Positions 38,501 through 48,937 of a DNA stretch of 64,000 nt are shown piece after piece (positions within the stretch are counted from its first letter, which is position 1; every line of letters begins with the position of its first letter). Source of the DNA: a virus (lineage: Duplodnaviria > Caudoviricetes); the IMG/VR virus record IMGVR_UViG_3300008259_002461. One strand, 5' to 3'. Made by a program: the position numbers and the translations under genes. The notes below the pieces were generated by a model. It did no database searches, was not told where the DNA came from, and saw nothing but the letters and a program-made list of their open reading frames with translations.

Positions 38501-41500
38501 ATAGAATCGTTGCCGCCGTTATGCAGATTACCGTCAACTTTTTGTCCGATAGCCGCATTACCAAATGTTGTTAGACCCTGTACATACGGTGATCGTGTTA
38601 TGATCCATGTAGTAAAGTCGTCTGGTCCCCAGCCTGGATCTAAGCTAGCGTAAGCACCAGCTGTCACCCGACTTGTACCAAATTCGTTTGGTGGTGTTAA
38701 ATCTCCATTTAATCCGTTTAATGTACAATCTCTTAAGCCAGTTGCATCGCGTAAGTAGAACATGTCTTCTTCTCTACTGCCTCGTACTGCGTTAGCATAA
38801 TAACGAGATACATAGCGAGATTTGTAGTTGCCTGGATATTTTAGATCATACTTTAGTGCATCAATGTATAGTCCAACATCGCGTAAGCACAACTCTACAT
38901 CATATGTATATCCTGGATAAGTTTGTGCTACATATGCTGCAACTTCTGCTACAATAAAGTTTCTATTACGCTCAAGCTGTAGTCTTGCGTATTCTCTATT
39001 TTGATTTTCAGTTTGACATACACTACCTTCGCTAGATCCGCCAAATATGATTTGATCTACAATTCTGTAGCTTTCTGTTAATCTTGCCTCAGCTGTAGCA
39101 TTACTCATTAATCCTAATGCTGTGTTTCTAGCTACTGTTAAACTGTTACGAGTAGCTTCTTTGATTCTATCATCTCTATCAAATAATTCTGAAGATGTTA
39201 ATCTTAAGTATGCGTGTGCTGCTTTTAATGTTTGATAATTGCTATTAAACATAAAGTCAAAAGCTACTGCCTTAGCAACGATTGCCGCGTCTCTACGAGC
39301 CTTTGTAACACTGTAATCAACATCTGAATAATTTGTAGCTAGGTATGCTTCTACAGCATCTTGTATAGCGTCAAACCCGCTGGCACTGATTGCAGTATAG
39401 TCACTAATTAGTGCTGTTGTAGTATTAACGCCATTTGCTGGTGTAGGATCAACTAGTGTTACAGTTGTACCTACTGCACTTGGTCCAACATCTAATATTT
39501 CTATAATGTCTTCAACATTATTAGCAATCTGTGTTATACTTCCAACATTACCTGTAAGCGTTTGTGTTACTAACGTTTGTCTAGGACTAACAACAGTAGT
39601 ATTGCCTGCTATGCTTTGTAACGTAGTTTTTAAAAAATTTAAAGAATTAATAGTTGCAGTTTTAATACTTGCTGGAATTTGAGGCTGTGTATTATCATCA
39701 CCGTCCCAATAAGCTAATCCTGCTGCAACACTTAATGCATTTCCGCCATAGGTCAAATCATAGACTAATGCATCAATTATATATCGTGCATCTCTGCGAG
39801 TTTTAGTTTTGCCGTAACGTAGCGCAGGATATTCTTCTGCTAGGTATGCAATAACTTCTGCTATTGCAAAATCTATATTAGTGCGAATATTTTGTCTTGC
39901 ATTTAACAAACTAGTACTATAACCAGTTGGGTTTGTTAAGTATGCGCTGTGCATAGTATCTAACAGATAATCTGCACGATACTTCATTACTTTAACTAAG
40001 TCGTATACAGCATCGCTTTCGGCTTGAATCGCCAACGGCCATTCTTGACTTTGTAATTCGTTGTTACCTACGGTAGGTGTTACTGTGACACCTTTGACTA
40101 CGTTAGACACTACATCGGCAATTCTATCAAATGTAGCGATTGTATATACTGAATCACCTGCTGGTACTGTAGATCCTTGAGCAATAATTTGTGTAGAACG
40201 AAGTTCGTCACCTTGTACACAAGTATAAGCTGGCACAATTATTGGTAGAGTTTCAAAATGCTTACCAGTAGATACTTTTATTAGACTAAAAGAAACTTCT
40301 CTAGCTGGTATTGAATTCACATTGCCTGTGCTTATTGCTGTAATAATAATATTAGCTAATTCTGTTATTCTAGTAAGTGCGCCTTGTTCAATGCGTAAGT
40401 TAACATTGAAATATTGATCTACGATAGCTACTGAATCATCTACAACATTTTGATAAATTACAGTTGGTGCTTCATTTGCAAGTACGGCTTGTATTAATAC
40501 TAGCATGCGGTTGTATGCAGCCACGCTTTGTAGTCTTTCGCTTGCTAAATCTCCGTACGGGCCAGTTCCGTTATTTTCTGCGGCTGTTGAGAACGGACCG
40601 TCTGCAAGTGCATTAAGGAATGTTTGTGCAGCGGCTCTAGTTTTTAAATTGCCACCGTGGCCTAGATCATGTAAAATTTTATCAAGAACAATTCCAACAT
40701 CGCGTTCGCATTTTAAAGTATCGTACTCAAAATTTTCCCAGATGCTACCTATTGTAGCACTTGCAACTTGATCTCTAATCCAAGCAGTTATTTCTTTCTG
40801 TATAAACACTCGGTTTGAGTCAAGCATAAATTGTGCTCGTTGATTCTTAATTCCCTGTTCAACTTGTTCACATGCATAGCGAATAGTTTTAAATGGTCTA
40901 TCAACACTTCCACCGTAGATAGGATACTCTCCGTCTACACCGTGTTCAGCAACATAGTACACATCTTCAACACTGCTTAAAAATTCCCAGTTAGGTAAAT
41001 TATTTGCACTAACTGTTAGTACTTGTCCATTTTCACCAATTGGTAATCTTGCTGGTGCTGAACCTGTAAAATAAACTAAGTCGCCAATTTCTGCTAGTAC
41101 ACTTTGTTCAGTGCCAACTGCTATAATATTCCAATATTGACTACTGTTTACTAGATCTGGTCTACTACCTGGATCACCGCCAAAAGTAGATCCGTCGTCG
41201 CCTTCTGATATATGTCCTTGTATACAAATGTATGAGTTATCACCAAATCGAACAACGTCACCTTCGTAGTACTCTTGGTCGTCTAACCATACATTGCGCC
41301 ATCTAAATCCGCTGTTAATCTGTTTCCAATATTCTGCATCAGGTGGTTGTTGTGCAGTTGTATGATCTTTAACGCACACATAAGTGAATCCGCCAAGACG
41401 AATAACTTCGCCTACTTTATAATGTTGGTTAGCACTGTCTTCGTTCCAGTCGCCAATGAAACGAAACCCTTCAGTGAACAAGTCCCAGTCGTCATTGACG

Positions 41501-42294
41501 CTGGTTGGAATGACTGCTAAATTAGTTGATCTGCTTATGTACTGATTTCCGCCGTAGCGAATAACATCACCGTCTTGATATTTTACAAATGGGCTCCAAT
41601 CATTTTCATATTGGAAGCCTTCTACAAATTTAGACCAATTAGCGTTATCAGTACCAAAGTCTGCAGATGCAGTATGTGCTACTGTACTAATCCAAACTCC
41701 TGCACCGTAACGAACTAAATCGTTAACTTTGTATCGGATTCCTGAAGTCCAAGTTCCTTTAAACTCAATTCCTTGATTAAAATAATCCCACTTGTCTTGA
41801 TTAGCTTCTAATCCCAAAGAAGCTGTAGCGGCAGACGTATGCAATTCATTACACACATAAGTAGTTCCGCCGTATTTAACAAAATCATTTACACGATAAC
41901 GAGTGCTTGGAGTCCAAGCACCTTTCCAGTCTAGTCCTTCAGCAAAAGCATCCCAGTTAGCAATATCGGCTTCGAGACCGGCATTAACATCAGCTGTAGA
42001 TGTATGAACAGTATTTGCAATGTATAGTCTAGCACCATATTTAACTATGTCATCAAACACATAACTTGTGCTAGTAGTCCAATCGCCTTTCCATATTTGG
42101 CCATCGCTGAGCAAGTTCCATTTTGGTGGAACAAGATTAAAGTCTGAGAAAAAGTTGGGTTGACTAGTGTGTCCAATAACGCAAATATATATTTTTCCAC
42201 CAAATGCAATTACGTCATCTTGGTAATACACCGTAGATGGTGTCCACACGTTTTTCCAAACAAATCTGATTCTACCTAGTTTAAATTCTGCCAT
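35524..42294 (-). CDS. Giant virion fibre/spike protein, 2256 aa (7 CBM5/12-like repeats, beta-helix core, helical repeats, 6 Asp-box repeats)
   Basis: W-x4-Y-x3-D-x-V-x-YGG-x2-Y-x-C-x3-HT repeats; YVAEHGVD...PFKTIRYA; RSPYVQ; YSxDGxxW repeats; paralog of next gene. Confidence 0.8.
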   Translation of the reverse strand: MAEFKLGRIRFVWKNVWTPSTVYYQDDVIAFGGKIYICVIGHTSQPNFFSDFNLVPPKWNLLSDGQIWKGDWTTSTSYVFDDIVKYGARLYIANTVHTSTADVNAGLEADIANWDAFAEGLDWKGAWTPSTRYRVNDFVKYGGTTYVCNELHTSAATASLGLEANQDKWDYFNQGIEFKGTWTSGIRYKVNDLVRYGAGVWISTVAHTASADFGTDNANWSKFVEGFQYENDWSPFVKYQDGDVIRYGGNQYISRSTNLAVIPTSVNDDWDLFTEGFRFIGDWNEDSANQHYKVGEVIRLGGFTYVCVKDHTTAQQPPDAEYWKQINSGFRWRNVWLDDQEYYEGDVVRFGDNSYICIQGHISEGDDGSTFGGDPGSRPDLVNSSQYWNIIAVGTEQSVLAEIGDLVYFTGSAPARLPIGENGQVLTVSANNLPNWEFLSSVEDVYYVAEHGVDGEYPIYGGSVDRPFKTIRYACEQVEQGIKNQRAQFMLDSNRVFIQKEITAWIRDQVASATIGSIWENFEYDTLKCERDVGIVLDKILHDLGHGGNLKTRAAAQTFLNALADGPFSTAAENNGTGPYGDLASERLQSVAAYNRMLVLIQAVLANEAPTVIYQNVVDDSVAIVDQYFNVNLRIEQGALTRITELANIIITAISTGNVNSIPAREVSFSLIKVSTGKHFETLPIIVPAYTCVQGDELRSTQIIAQGSTVPAGDSVYTIATFDRIADVVSNVVKGVTVTPTVGNNELQSQEWPLAIQAESDAVYDLVKVMKYRADYLLDTMHSAYLTNPTGYSTSLLNARQNIRTNIDFAIAEVIAYLAEEYPALRYGKTKTRRDARYIIDALVYDLTYGGNALSVAAGLAYWDGDDNTQPQIPASIKTATINSLNFLKTTLQSIAGNTTVVSPRQTLVTQTLTGNVGSITQIANNVEDIIEILDVGPSAVGTTVTLVDPTPANGVNTTTALISDYTAISASGFDAIQDAVEAYLATNYSDVDYSVTKARRDAAIVAKAVAFDFMFNSNYQTLKAAHAYLRLTSSELFDRDDRIKEATRNSLTVARNTALGLMSNATAEARLTESYRIVDQIIFGGSSEGSVCQTENQNREYARLQLERNRNFIVAEVAAYVAQTYPGYTYDVELCLRDVGLYIDALKYDLKYPGNYKSRYVSRYYANAVRGSREEDMFYLRDATGLRDCTLNGLNGDLTPPNEFGTSRVTAGAYASLDPGWGPDDFTTWIITRSPYVQGLTTFGNAAIGQKVDGNLHNGGNDSITSNDFTQVISDGIGAWITNNGRAELVSVFTYYSHIGYLAETGGRIRATNGNNSYGDFGSVAEGVDPDETPVTAVVDNQTQYSATISNVFTDNNQLLGFEFNHAGNDYTEAVIDIFGAGTGDVVVADEFRDNAVINVKVDLETVIPPATPAPLGGSGYVRVSNVAQSGTTTSVFLSATDGALSTAYVGMKVYIIGGAGIGNYGIISTYDAGSKEAEVIRESNGAAGWDHVIPGTTIVAPNSSSTYLIEPAISFTAPPKTTTATTISSSNYANAHYFETSAQYTAVTTTGGAGTGLTFNITRNGERYYLTTNSAGSNYVRGNTITIAGTSVGGASPANDITVIITSINSVTGAVVNYDFTGLARKGLFLAIPNSGTGAQKSIDGVTWSAEVLPASASSYKNIASGLINDGSSTFKQSVVIVTAGTTAAYSNDGDVWSTSTIPTGAGYQTNVAFGQVTSNIGRFVVIAEGYRDVAYSDNGGATWSLTTNALPALGYLPIAYGKGLFVAIKSGTTNSVYSTDGIAWTAGSGLPNKTWNDITWGNGRFVALASDGTCSYSLDGITWSSAVTIAGSITTNNIAYGQGVFVVTTTTTALYHSEDGIVWTAVTSLPNTGYFAVAFGNPARTGKFVLIGSGTTTAGLDARIGARARGRAGVSNEQIFEIRLIEPGSGYTSGAPTITVTDPNNIDDVVVEARLNSGAIANPTFVNRGTGFITASAEIDSQNSNGSADFIQDGTFIAVKRLTQQPVSGSNIVFDSLPGQFFKLVNTVSFLGTSPGSYTGFLQVSPAIPVGTRLANNEAVELRIRFSQVRLTGHDFLDIGTGGFNTTNYPNTPLQQPIQANETVDSNGGRVFFTATDQDGNFRVGDLFSIEQSTGVATLNADAFNIAGLQELSLGEVTLGGNSASITEFSTDPFFTANSDNIVPTQRAVKAYIEAQIGGGGASLNVNSVTAGDIFVGANTITTVSGAPINIKGNVVFNGTVLGLPLAYNYFLR

Positions 42295-42312
42295 TTTTTA
42301 ACTCCGCTCGTA

Positions 42313-42319
42313 TATTTAT
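42313..42319 (-). promoter_or_regulatory. Late promoter motif ATAAATA
   Basis: gATAAATAt 19 nt upstream of ATG 42294, GGAG RBS between. Confidence 0.6.
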
Positions 42320-42337
42320 CATAAGATGTATCATTAA

Positions 42338-45300
42338 TTATTGCATCCCTTCGTCGGGCTGTCTTAAGAACAATATCTGACTCACTATAGTTCCTGATAT
42401 ATTAGTTTGGCGTACAATATCAGGCCCAGTTAGTTGTGGTTCTAAGTATGTTCCGTCAAACGTTACAGGTACTGGTATAACTAGATACTGCTGTAATACA
42501 TTTTCTATTTCACTCTCGCTGCCGCCAAGACCAACCCTACCTGCTACTATTCTGTTAACTTCAAGATTTTCACCACCTACGCTAAGTCTGTTAGCAACAA
42601 ATGTTGCAATAGCTCGTTGTGTAGGTATGATGTTATTAGAATCCGCTGTAAATGTAGGATCTGTTGAAAATTCGTTTACTACAGTGCCAGAGCCGCCTAA
42701 TCTAACACCGCCTAATGCTAATTCTGAAAGACCGTCTAATTCAAAGAATTCTGCACTAATTGTAACAATACCTGTACTTTGTTGAACAGCAAATAATTCG
42801 CCAGTTCTAAAGTTACCGTCTTGGTCAGTTGAAACATAAAATACTCGACCACCGTTTTGTTCAAGTACTTCGTTTTCAGGTGATGCTGTAAAGAAGTTGC
42901 CGCCGGCGTAGATTTCTGGATAATTTGTTTGTTCAAAGTTTCCAGTGCCTATATCTAAGAAATCATGACCTGTAATACGACATTGGCCGTATCTTTCTCT
43001 AAGCGACACTGATGTGCCGTGTTCTAGATCATATTCGTTGCGTAATCTTGGAGACACTGTAAGTCTAACAAGTCTAGTTCCATTACCACTACCGTCATCG
43101 CCTAAGTCTGTAACAATTGCTCCTGTAAATACTCGTAAATCAGTTAAGTTTTCAGTTAGTGGATCTAATATACCAGATATTCGAATTTGTACTCCTGATC
43201 CTGGTACTGTAAGAACTCCTGCAATAATTAACTCGCTATCTTGTGGGATAATGTCCGCATAGCCGTTTCCAGTAATAGTAATTACCGAAGTAGTTGTTCT
43301 ATATCCAGATCCTCTGTTAACAAAATCTGGTTGGCTTAATACTCCATTTCCTATTCTTCCGTCTATCTCAACCGCAGTTGTAAAATTAGGGTCAGTAACA
43401 GTAAAAATTAAAGGTGTATTTTCATCGTACCCACTACCTGGCTCCCAAATTTTCACAGCTCTAAATGATCCTTGTAATACGTCTGCTCTAACTTTTGCGC
43501 GAGCACCAACACGTACATGATTGATACCTCCAGTGCTAGAATTACTTGCTAACACTACCCACTTAGATACTCCGTCTACTTTACCATTGGTTACTGCTGC
43601 CCACCTTTGAGAACTTGATAACGTTCTAGAAGTCCACAGTATTCCGTCTTGAGTAGTTGCACACAACGTAGTTGGATTAACTCCTTCTAATCCTGTAGCA
43701 AAAAATACTCCTTGACTATATTTTAAATTTGTCCAAGTTGTTAAACTAGATAGGCCTGTAAGATCTACTAAAGTAGTCCAGTTAATTCCGTCAAGGCTAA
43801 ACGCTGCATATCCAGCTTCATGTAACACAATAAATCGATTATTGCCGTATTCTATTGCTGCTACATTCCAAAGTAACGATCCTAATCCTACAGTTATTTC
43901 AGGAAGTGCTAGTTCATACCTAGTCCAAGTTGTACCGTTTGTAGATACTGCTACACTCCTGTCGTTGCCTGATACTGCAACAAATTTTCCAGCACCGTAT
44001 GTTACGTGTGTCCATTGACTTACTGTACTATCACCAATTGTATCAGTGTCAGGAATGGTTGCTGTTGTAAATGTTGAACCGTTTGTACTTACTAGAACTG
44101 TGTTAGTATTATCACCTACAATTATAAATTTACCAGCACCGTATGTTATATCTCTCCAACTACCTAGTTGAGGTAAATTTACAGTTGTCCAAGTTTGTCC
44201 CGTTAGTGACACACTTACACGATTTTCGTTATTAGCTAGTGCAATAAATCTATTGTTACCTGATGCAAGTTTTCTATAATCGCCTATAAAACTTAAATTA
44301 ACTTCAGTCCAACTAGTAGCATTGTCACTCCATCTAGCATACTGACTATTTGTCAATGCTACAAATCTATTAGATTTAGCACGCCCAGAACTAGTAAATG
44401 TTTGAATACTATTTGAACTATCATCTGTTACATCAGTTATAGTTACTATTAGATCATTTTCTGGTGTAGTGCCGCCAAATAGTGTACCTGGAAAGGTAAT
44501 ATTATCACCTACACTATACCCTGCTCCAGGATTAACTAGTGTGGGGGAATAACTATCGCCTGCCTTTATTACATTAAATGCAGCAGCTATTGCAGGACCG
44601 TCAAATGTTTCACCTGATCCAGCTTCGTATACTAAACTTAATTGTTCGCCTTGAACAAAACTTGTAGGATCTCCTATACCATCTACTTCAATATACGATG
44701 TAGCGTTTGCACTAACATTAGTTACTTCAAACTCAGTACCACTTAATTTACCTCTAATCGTAAATGGTACCGCAGGGTTAGTTAAAAATATACCAGTAAA
44801 TTGAACTGCTACACTAGATATAACATCCTTAATAGTTACAGAATTATTTTCATTATCTGTCCACAATGCATTACTAGGACCTGTAACATTAGTATATGAC
44901 TGTGTTGTTCCGCCGTACGCTGCATCCACATAAATTCTATTTGTAATTAGATCAAAACTTGTACTTGAAAAATTTGGCGAGTTAACTGTAACCCTTGGTT
45001 CAATTCTATATCGTGTTGTTAAATCTAAACTAGGTTCTATCGCTGTTCCTGGAATAATGTGTTCCCATCCTAATAATCCAGTACTTTCTTGTCTAACTGT
45101 AACTGTTTTACCTACAAATTCAAATCCACTAATATATCCGTACTGACCAGCGCCAGTGCCGCTGGTAATTATGATTCTCATTCCTTCTATTTCTGAAAGA
45201 AACTGCGTAACATCATTTGCTGATAATCTAACTGAACTTGAAGCATCTATTGTTTCTTGTGCAGAACCTTGTCTTATTAAATATCCAGCACCGCCTTCAC

Positions 45301-48211
45301 TTCCTGAATCTTGACTATTAACTAACCTAGCTTCAAACAATGCACCATCTCTAAAATCTGTATATTCAACTGCGGCCGCTGCACCAGCACCAACTATCGT
45401 TGCATTAGCTTGTGAGTATTGTTCACCGGCATTAGAATATTCAAAAGCAAAAATAGTATCACTTACTCCACCAGCAAATGCACTACTTACTTGTGCTTCG
45501 TTATTTCTGTTAAACACAGTTACCTGCTGAGGAATTTCGGTGGCGTCTGCACCGTCAGCTACTGCACCGTATCTGCCATAGCTATTATTGCCGTTGGTTG
45601 CACGAATTATTCCGCCATTTTCTGCAAAATAACCTATTTGACAATAGTATGTGAATACAGATACAAGTTCTGCTCTACCATTATTAGTAATCCATGCACC
45701 AATACCATCTGACAATACTTGAGTAAAGTCATTAGATGTCATTGACCTATTGCCGCCATTGTGTAAAGACCCGTCAACTTTTTGTCCGATACATCCTGTA
45801 CCTATATTTGTAACTCCCTGGATATATGGTGAACGATTTATAATCCATACTCGCTCGTCTGCTGGCCCCCAACCTGGATCTAAACTTACACATGCACCGC
45901 CCGTTGGCTTTTGATATAAATCAAATACTCCAGGAGGATTTAATACTCCTTGCAGTCCTTGCGTTGTCAAGTCTCTTAGGCCTGTAGTATCTCGCATAAA
46001 AAACATACTGTCAAATTGAGAACCTGTAACAGCATTTGCATATCGTCTACCTGCTAATAAAGTTCTGTGATTGCCACTAAATTCTAAATCTTTAGCAATA
46101 CCTCTTAGAAGGGCTCGTACATCATTTTTAACTCTAGTATCGCTAAATGTTACTGTAGGGTATTCAAGTTTAACATAGGCTAGTAGTTCGCTTTCGACAA
46201 AACGTTTATTAATTAGTAATGCGCGACCTGCGTTTGCAATTATTTGTGTTGCATTTGGAACATTTGATCCTACATTCACAGGATCTACTTCACCGTTTGC
46301 TGTTCTAAATAAAATATATGCTTTGTAATCTTCTATTAGATCAACTACCGCAGATGCTCCTGCTACATTTGAATACGGAAAACTATTTACTAATATTGGT
46401 TCACCTGTGATTGGATCAAGCTCTGGAAGTCCTGTTCCTGGATTAATCTGAGGTGTTACTAAAGTGGTAATTTGATCTTCAGTATTACCTTGCGTTGGTG
46501 TGACAGGAACTCCTGTTATTAAATTTAATAATATTGTTATAAAATATTCTAAATAATCATCAACATATTGAAAATCATCTTGATATTCTGCTATTGGTGA
46601 ATTTGCAATGATAGTAGTACTTCTTAGTTCATCACCGTTAACTGCACAACCAGCAGGAACACTTATTGGTGAAATTTCTTCAAATCTACCAGTAGATACT
46701 CTAATAACAACAGGTGTAAGAGGTGGAAAAGTATCTTCAACATAGTCAGCAGCATATCTTACTGTACGAAATGGTTTTTCAAAAGTGCCTCGGCCGTCGT
46801 CATCAACTCCGTTAGTTGCTACAAATATTGTATCACTATCCCCTGCAACGGATCTCCAGTACGCTTCGAGATCAGAAGCTATTGAAAGTACTTGACCTGT
46901 TTCTCCAATTGGAATTCTAGTATCGCCTAGAGTACTTGTGTCTAGACTACTACCGTCTAATGACTCTCCTAAACCTACTGTAGGACGTGATAATCCGTAT
47001 GTTAACAAATCACCAGCTGCTACAAATCCTCCAGGACGTCCAGCCTGTATTAAAATATCCCAGTAATTAAATATGTTTCCGTTGTCGCCTGGAAAATTTT
47101 GATATCCAGATTCGTGTTCAATATTACATACATATGTTGAGCCTAAATGATAAACTGTATCGCCTATGCTATATATTTGATCAGTCGTCCACAATCCTTG
47201 CCATTGTTTACCTGGTACTAATAGTTCCCATGTATCGTTTTCTAAATAGTCTAATGTGCTTCCATCAACTGATTGTCCTGCGCCAATATCTCTAAGTGCG
47301 TTATATAAATTTCCGCCTCTTAAAACAATATCACCTGTCTTATATGCAGCATCGGTATCCCAAGGACCTACAAAATTAGAACTTCTTGCTAACAGAATCC
47401 AGTCTGATGATCCGTTGTCAACATAAGGTCTAGAATTTTGATTATTATTAACAGCATAGTACATAAACCCACGATGGCGGACAACATCACCTACGTTATA
47501 ATAAGTTAGATTAGACCAGTCATCGTTAAATTGTGCTCCAAAAATTTCAATTTGAAATTTTGTAGTGTCTAAATTTGAAGAGTTTGATGAATGTGTTTCT
47601 GTGCAACGAAATACTGTGCCGCCGTATTTTACTAGATCATTTTTTCTATATAATGTATTAGGTAGCCAGTTATTACGAACTTCAATGCCAACATGATATT
47701 CTTCCCAAGAAGCTATATTGTTTTCTAATCTAGTATTAGCTGCATGAGAAGTTATACATTTATATGCTATACCATTGTAACGTACAATTGCTCCCGGAGT
47801 ATATGAAGTTCCGTTAGTCCAATTACCTACATAACTAGAAGTTTGTGCAAACACTGTCCAGTTGTTAAAATTTACTGCAAACGAACTTGCAACATGATTT
47901 ACAACGCAAGTCCATAATGACCCGTTGTATAAGACTATATCGCCTAGATTATATGTAGTTCCTTGCGCCCAATCTCCAACAAAACTACGACCGCTAGTCA
48001 TTACGGTCCAGCGTGGTTGTATTTGTGGTGGTACAGAATTTGGAAGGATAGCTGTTAAATCAGTAGAAAATAAACTGCTAGAAGTATGTGCAACCAGACA
48101 TACATAACTTTTACCGTTTAGTCGTACTACATCGTCTCGATTATATGCTTGTCCGGTATTCCAGGTGCCTCGCCAGTTATACTTAAATCGTTCTAGTTTA
48201 AATTCAGCCAT
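42338..48211 (-). CDS. Giant virion fibre/spike protein, 1957 aa, paralog of 35524-42294
   Basis: MAEFKLER start; 7 CBM-like repeats; shared core DGIGAWITNNGRAELVSVFTYY; 6 Asp-box-like repeats; shared C-terminus TGHDFLDIGTG. Confidence 0.8.
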   Translation of the reverse strand: MAEFKLERFKYNWRGTWNTGQAYNRDDVVRLNGKSYVCLVAHTSSSLFSTDLTAILPNSVPPQIQPRWTVMTSGRSFVGDWAQGTTYNLGDIVLYNGSLWTCVVNHVASSFAVNFNNWTVFAQTSSYVGNWTNGTSYTPGAIVRYNGIAYKCITSHAANTRLENNIASWEEYHVGIEVRNNWLPNTLYRKNDLVKYGGTVFRCTETHSSNSSNLDTTKFQIEIFGAQFNDDWSNLTYYNVGDVVRHRGFMYYAVNNNQNSRPYVDNGSSDWILLARSSNFVGPWDTDAAYKTGDIVLRGGNLYNALRDIGAGQSVDGSTLDYLENDTWELLVPGKQWQGLWTTDQIYSIGDTVYHLGSTYVCNIEHESGYQNFPGDNGNIFNYWDILIQAGRPGGFVAAGDLLTYGLSRPTVGLGESLDGSSLDTSTLGDTRIPIGETGQVLSIASDLEAYWRSVAGDSDTIFVATNGVDDDGRGTFEKPFRTVRYAADYVEDTFPPLTPVVIRVSTGRFEEISPISVPAGCAVNGDELRSTTIIANSPIAEYQDDFQYVDDYLEYFITILLNLITGVPVTPTQGNTEDQITTLVTPQINPGTGLPELDPITGEPILVNSFPYSNVAGASAVVDLIEDYKAYILFRTANGEVDPVNVGSNVPNATQIIANAGRALLINKRFVESELLAYVKLEYPTVTFSDTRVKNDVRALLRGIAKDLEFSGNHRTLLAGRRYANAVTGSQFDSMFFMRDTTGLRDLTTQGLQGVLNPPGVFDLYQKPTGGACVSLDPGWGPADERVWIINRSPYIQGVTNIGTGCIGQKVDGSLHNGGNRSMTSNDFTQVLSDGIGAWITNNGRAELVSVFTYYCQIGYFAENGGIIRATNGNNSYGRYGAVADGADATEIPQQVTVFNRNNEAQVSSAFAGGVSDTIFAFEYSNAGEQYSQANATIVGAGAAAAVEYTDFRDGALFEARLVNSQDSGSEGGAGYLIRQGSAQETIDASSSVRLSANDVTQFLSEIEGMRIIITSGTGAGQYGYISGFEFVGKTVTVRQESTGLLGWEHIIPGTAIEPSLDLTTRYRIEPRVTVNSPNFSSTSFDLITNRIYVDAAYGGTTQSYTNVTGPSNALWTDNENNSVTIKDVISSVAVQFTGIFLTNPAVPFTIRGKLSGTEFEVTNVSANATSYIEVDGIGDPTSFVQGEQLSLVYEAGSGETFDGPAIAAAFNVIKAGDSYSPTLVNPGAGYSVGDNITFPGTLFGGTTPENDLIVTITDVTDDSSNSIQTFTSSGRAKSNRFVALTNSQYARWSDNATSWTEVNLSFIGDYRKLASGNNRFIALANNENRVSVSLTGQTWTTVNLPQLGSWRDITYGAGKFIIVGDNTNTVLVSTNGSTFTTATIPDTDTIGDSTVSQWTHVTYGAGKFVAVSGNDRSVAVSTNGTTWTRYELALPEITVGLGSLLWNVAAIEYGNNRFIVLHEAGYAAFSLDGINWTTLVDLTGLSSLTTWTNLKYSQGVFFATGLEGVNPTTLCATTQDGILWTSRTLSSSQRWAAVTNGKVDGVSKWVVLASNSSTGGINHVRVGARAKVRADVLQGSFRAVKIWEPGSGYDENTPLIFTVTDPNFTTAVEIDGRIGNGVLSQPDFVNRGSGYRTTTSVITITGNGYADIIPQDSELIIAGVLTVPGSGVQIRISGILDPLTENLTDLRVFTGAIVTDLGDDGSGNGTRLVRLTVSPRLRNEYDLEHGTSVSLRERYGQCRITGHDFLDIGTGNFEQTNYPEIYAGGNFFTASPENEVLEQNGGRVFYVSTDQDGNFRTGELFAVQQSTGIVTISAEFFELDGLSELALGGVRLGGSGTVVNEFSTDPTFTADSNNIIPTQRAIATFVANRLSVGGENLEVNRIVAGRVGLGGSESEIENVLQQYLVIPVPVTFDGTYLEPQLTGPDIVRQTNISGTIVSQILFLRQPDEGMQ

Positions 48212-48224
48212 TTATAATTGCTCC

Positions 48225-48602
48225 TTAATATCCTGGACCTGACACGTCTGGATACACATATGCTCTTCCTACTACTTGTACAAATTGTCCGTCAACCGGA
48301 TCTACATAATATAACACACTTCTACCATCCCATCTTAGTTGCGGATAACGTAAGTTTGCGTACACACGATCATGATCTGCATCAATACCTTCAAGAAAAT
48401 CAATACCTTCTTCAAAGTCTAAAAAGTTTCCTTCTGCAACACCAATTTCGTTAATAACTACTTCTTGATCTGTTGAAGCGTTCAATTGATCAACTTTGAT
48501 TAGAAATAATTCTCCGTCGTCATTTCTTCTAAGACCGTATAGATATCGTTTAGCAAAACCGCTTATAACGTCTTGCGGGGTAGTGCCTATATAGTAACTC
48601 AT
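48225..48602 (-). CDS. Hypothetical phage protein
   Basis: 125-aa ORF, TAATG coupling to the upstream gene. Confidence 0.7.
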   Translation of the reverse strand: MSYYIGTTPQDVISGFAKRYLYGLRRNDDGELFLIKVDQLNASTDQEVVINEIGVAEGNFLDFEEGIDFLEGIDADHDRVYANLRYPQLRWDGRSVLYYVDPVDGQFVQVVGRAYVYPDVSGPGY

Positions 48603-48931
48603 TATGTAATCTCCACATAGCTTACAATAACATCAACTGAGTCATCTAAGTTTGACGATACTAGTAATCTATTATTAGGTGCTAATACTAATTTTTCACC
48701 TGTTGATACTGCTCGCAAACTAGATCCTGCAGGAAGTATTGAATCTTTTAAATAATAACCAGCCACACTTGTGTCATCTTCTACTAAAACATTTACATAA
48801 ACAAATGTTTCTGTTAAATTAGTAAAACTTAATCCTAACACTGTAACTCTAGTTGTAGGCAGAGTTTCGTATATTAGTACTGGAACAATTCCAACGTTTT
48901 TAATTACAGTATTTTTAAGTATTGTTGCCAT
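48602..48931 (-). CDS. Small beta-rich protein, paralog of 35187-35507 and 61085-61441
   Basis: VLGLSFTN...VNV...YYLKDSILPAGSS...EKLVL...DVIVSYVE. Confidence 0.7.
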   Translation of the reverse strand: MATILKNTVIKNVGIVPVLIYETLPTTRVTVLGLSFTNLTETFVYVNVLVEDDTSVAGYYLKDSILPAGSSLRAVSTGEKLVLAPNNRLLVSSNLDDSVDVIVSYVEIT

Positions 48932-48937
48932 TTGTCT

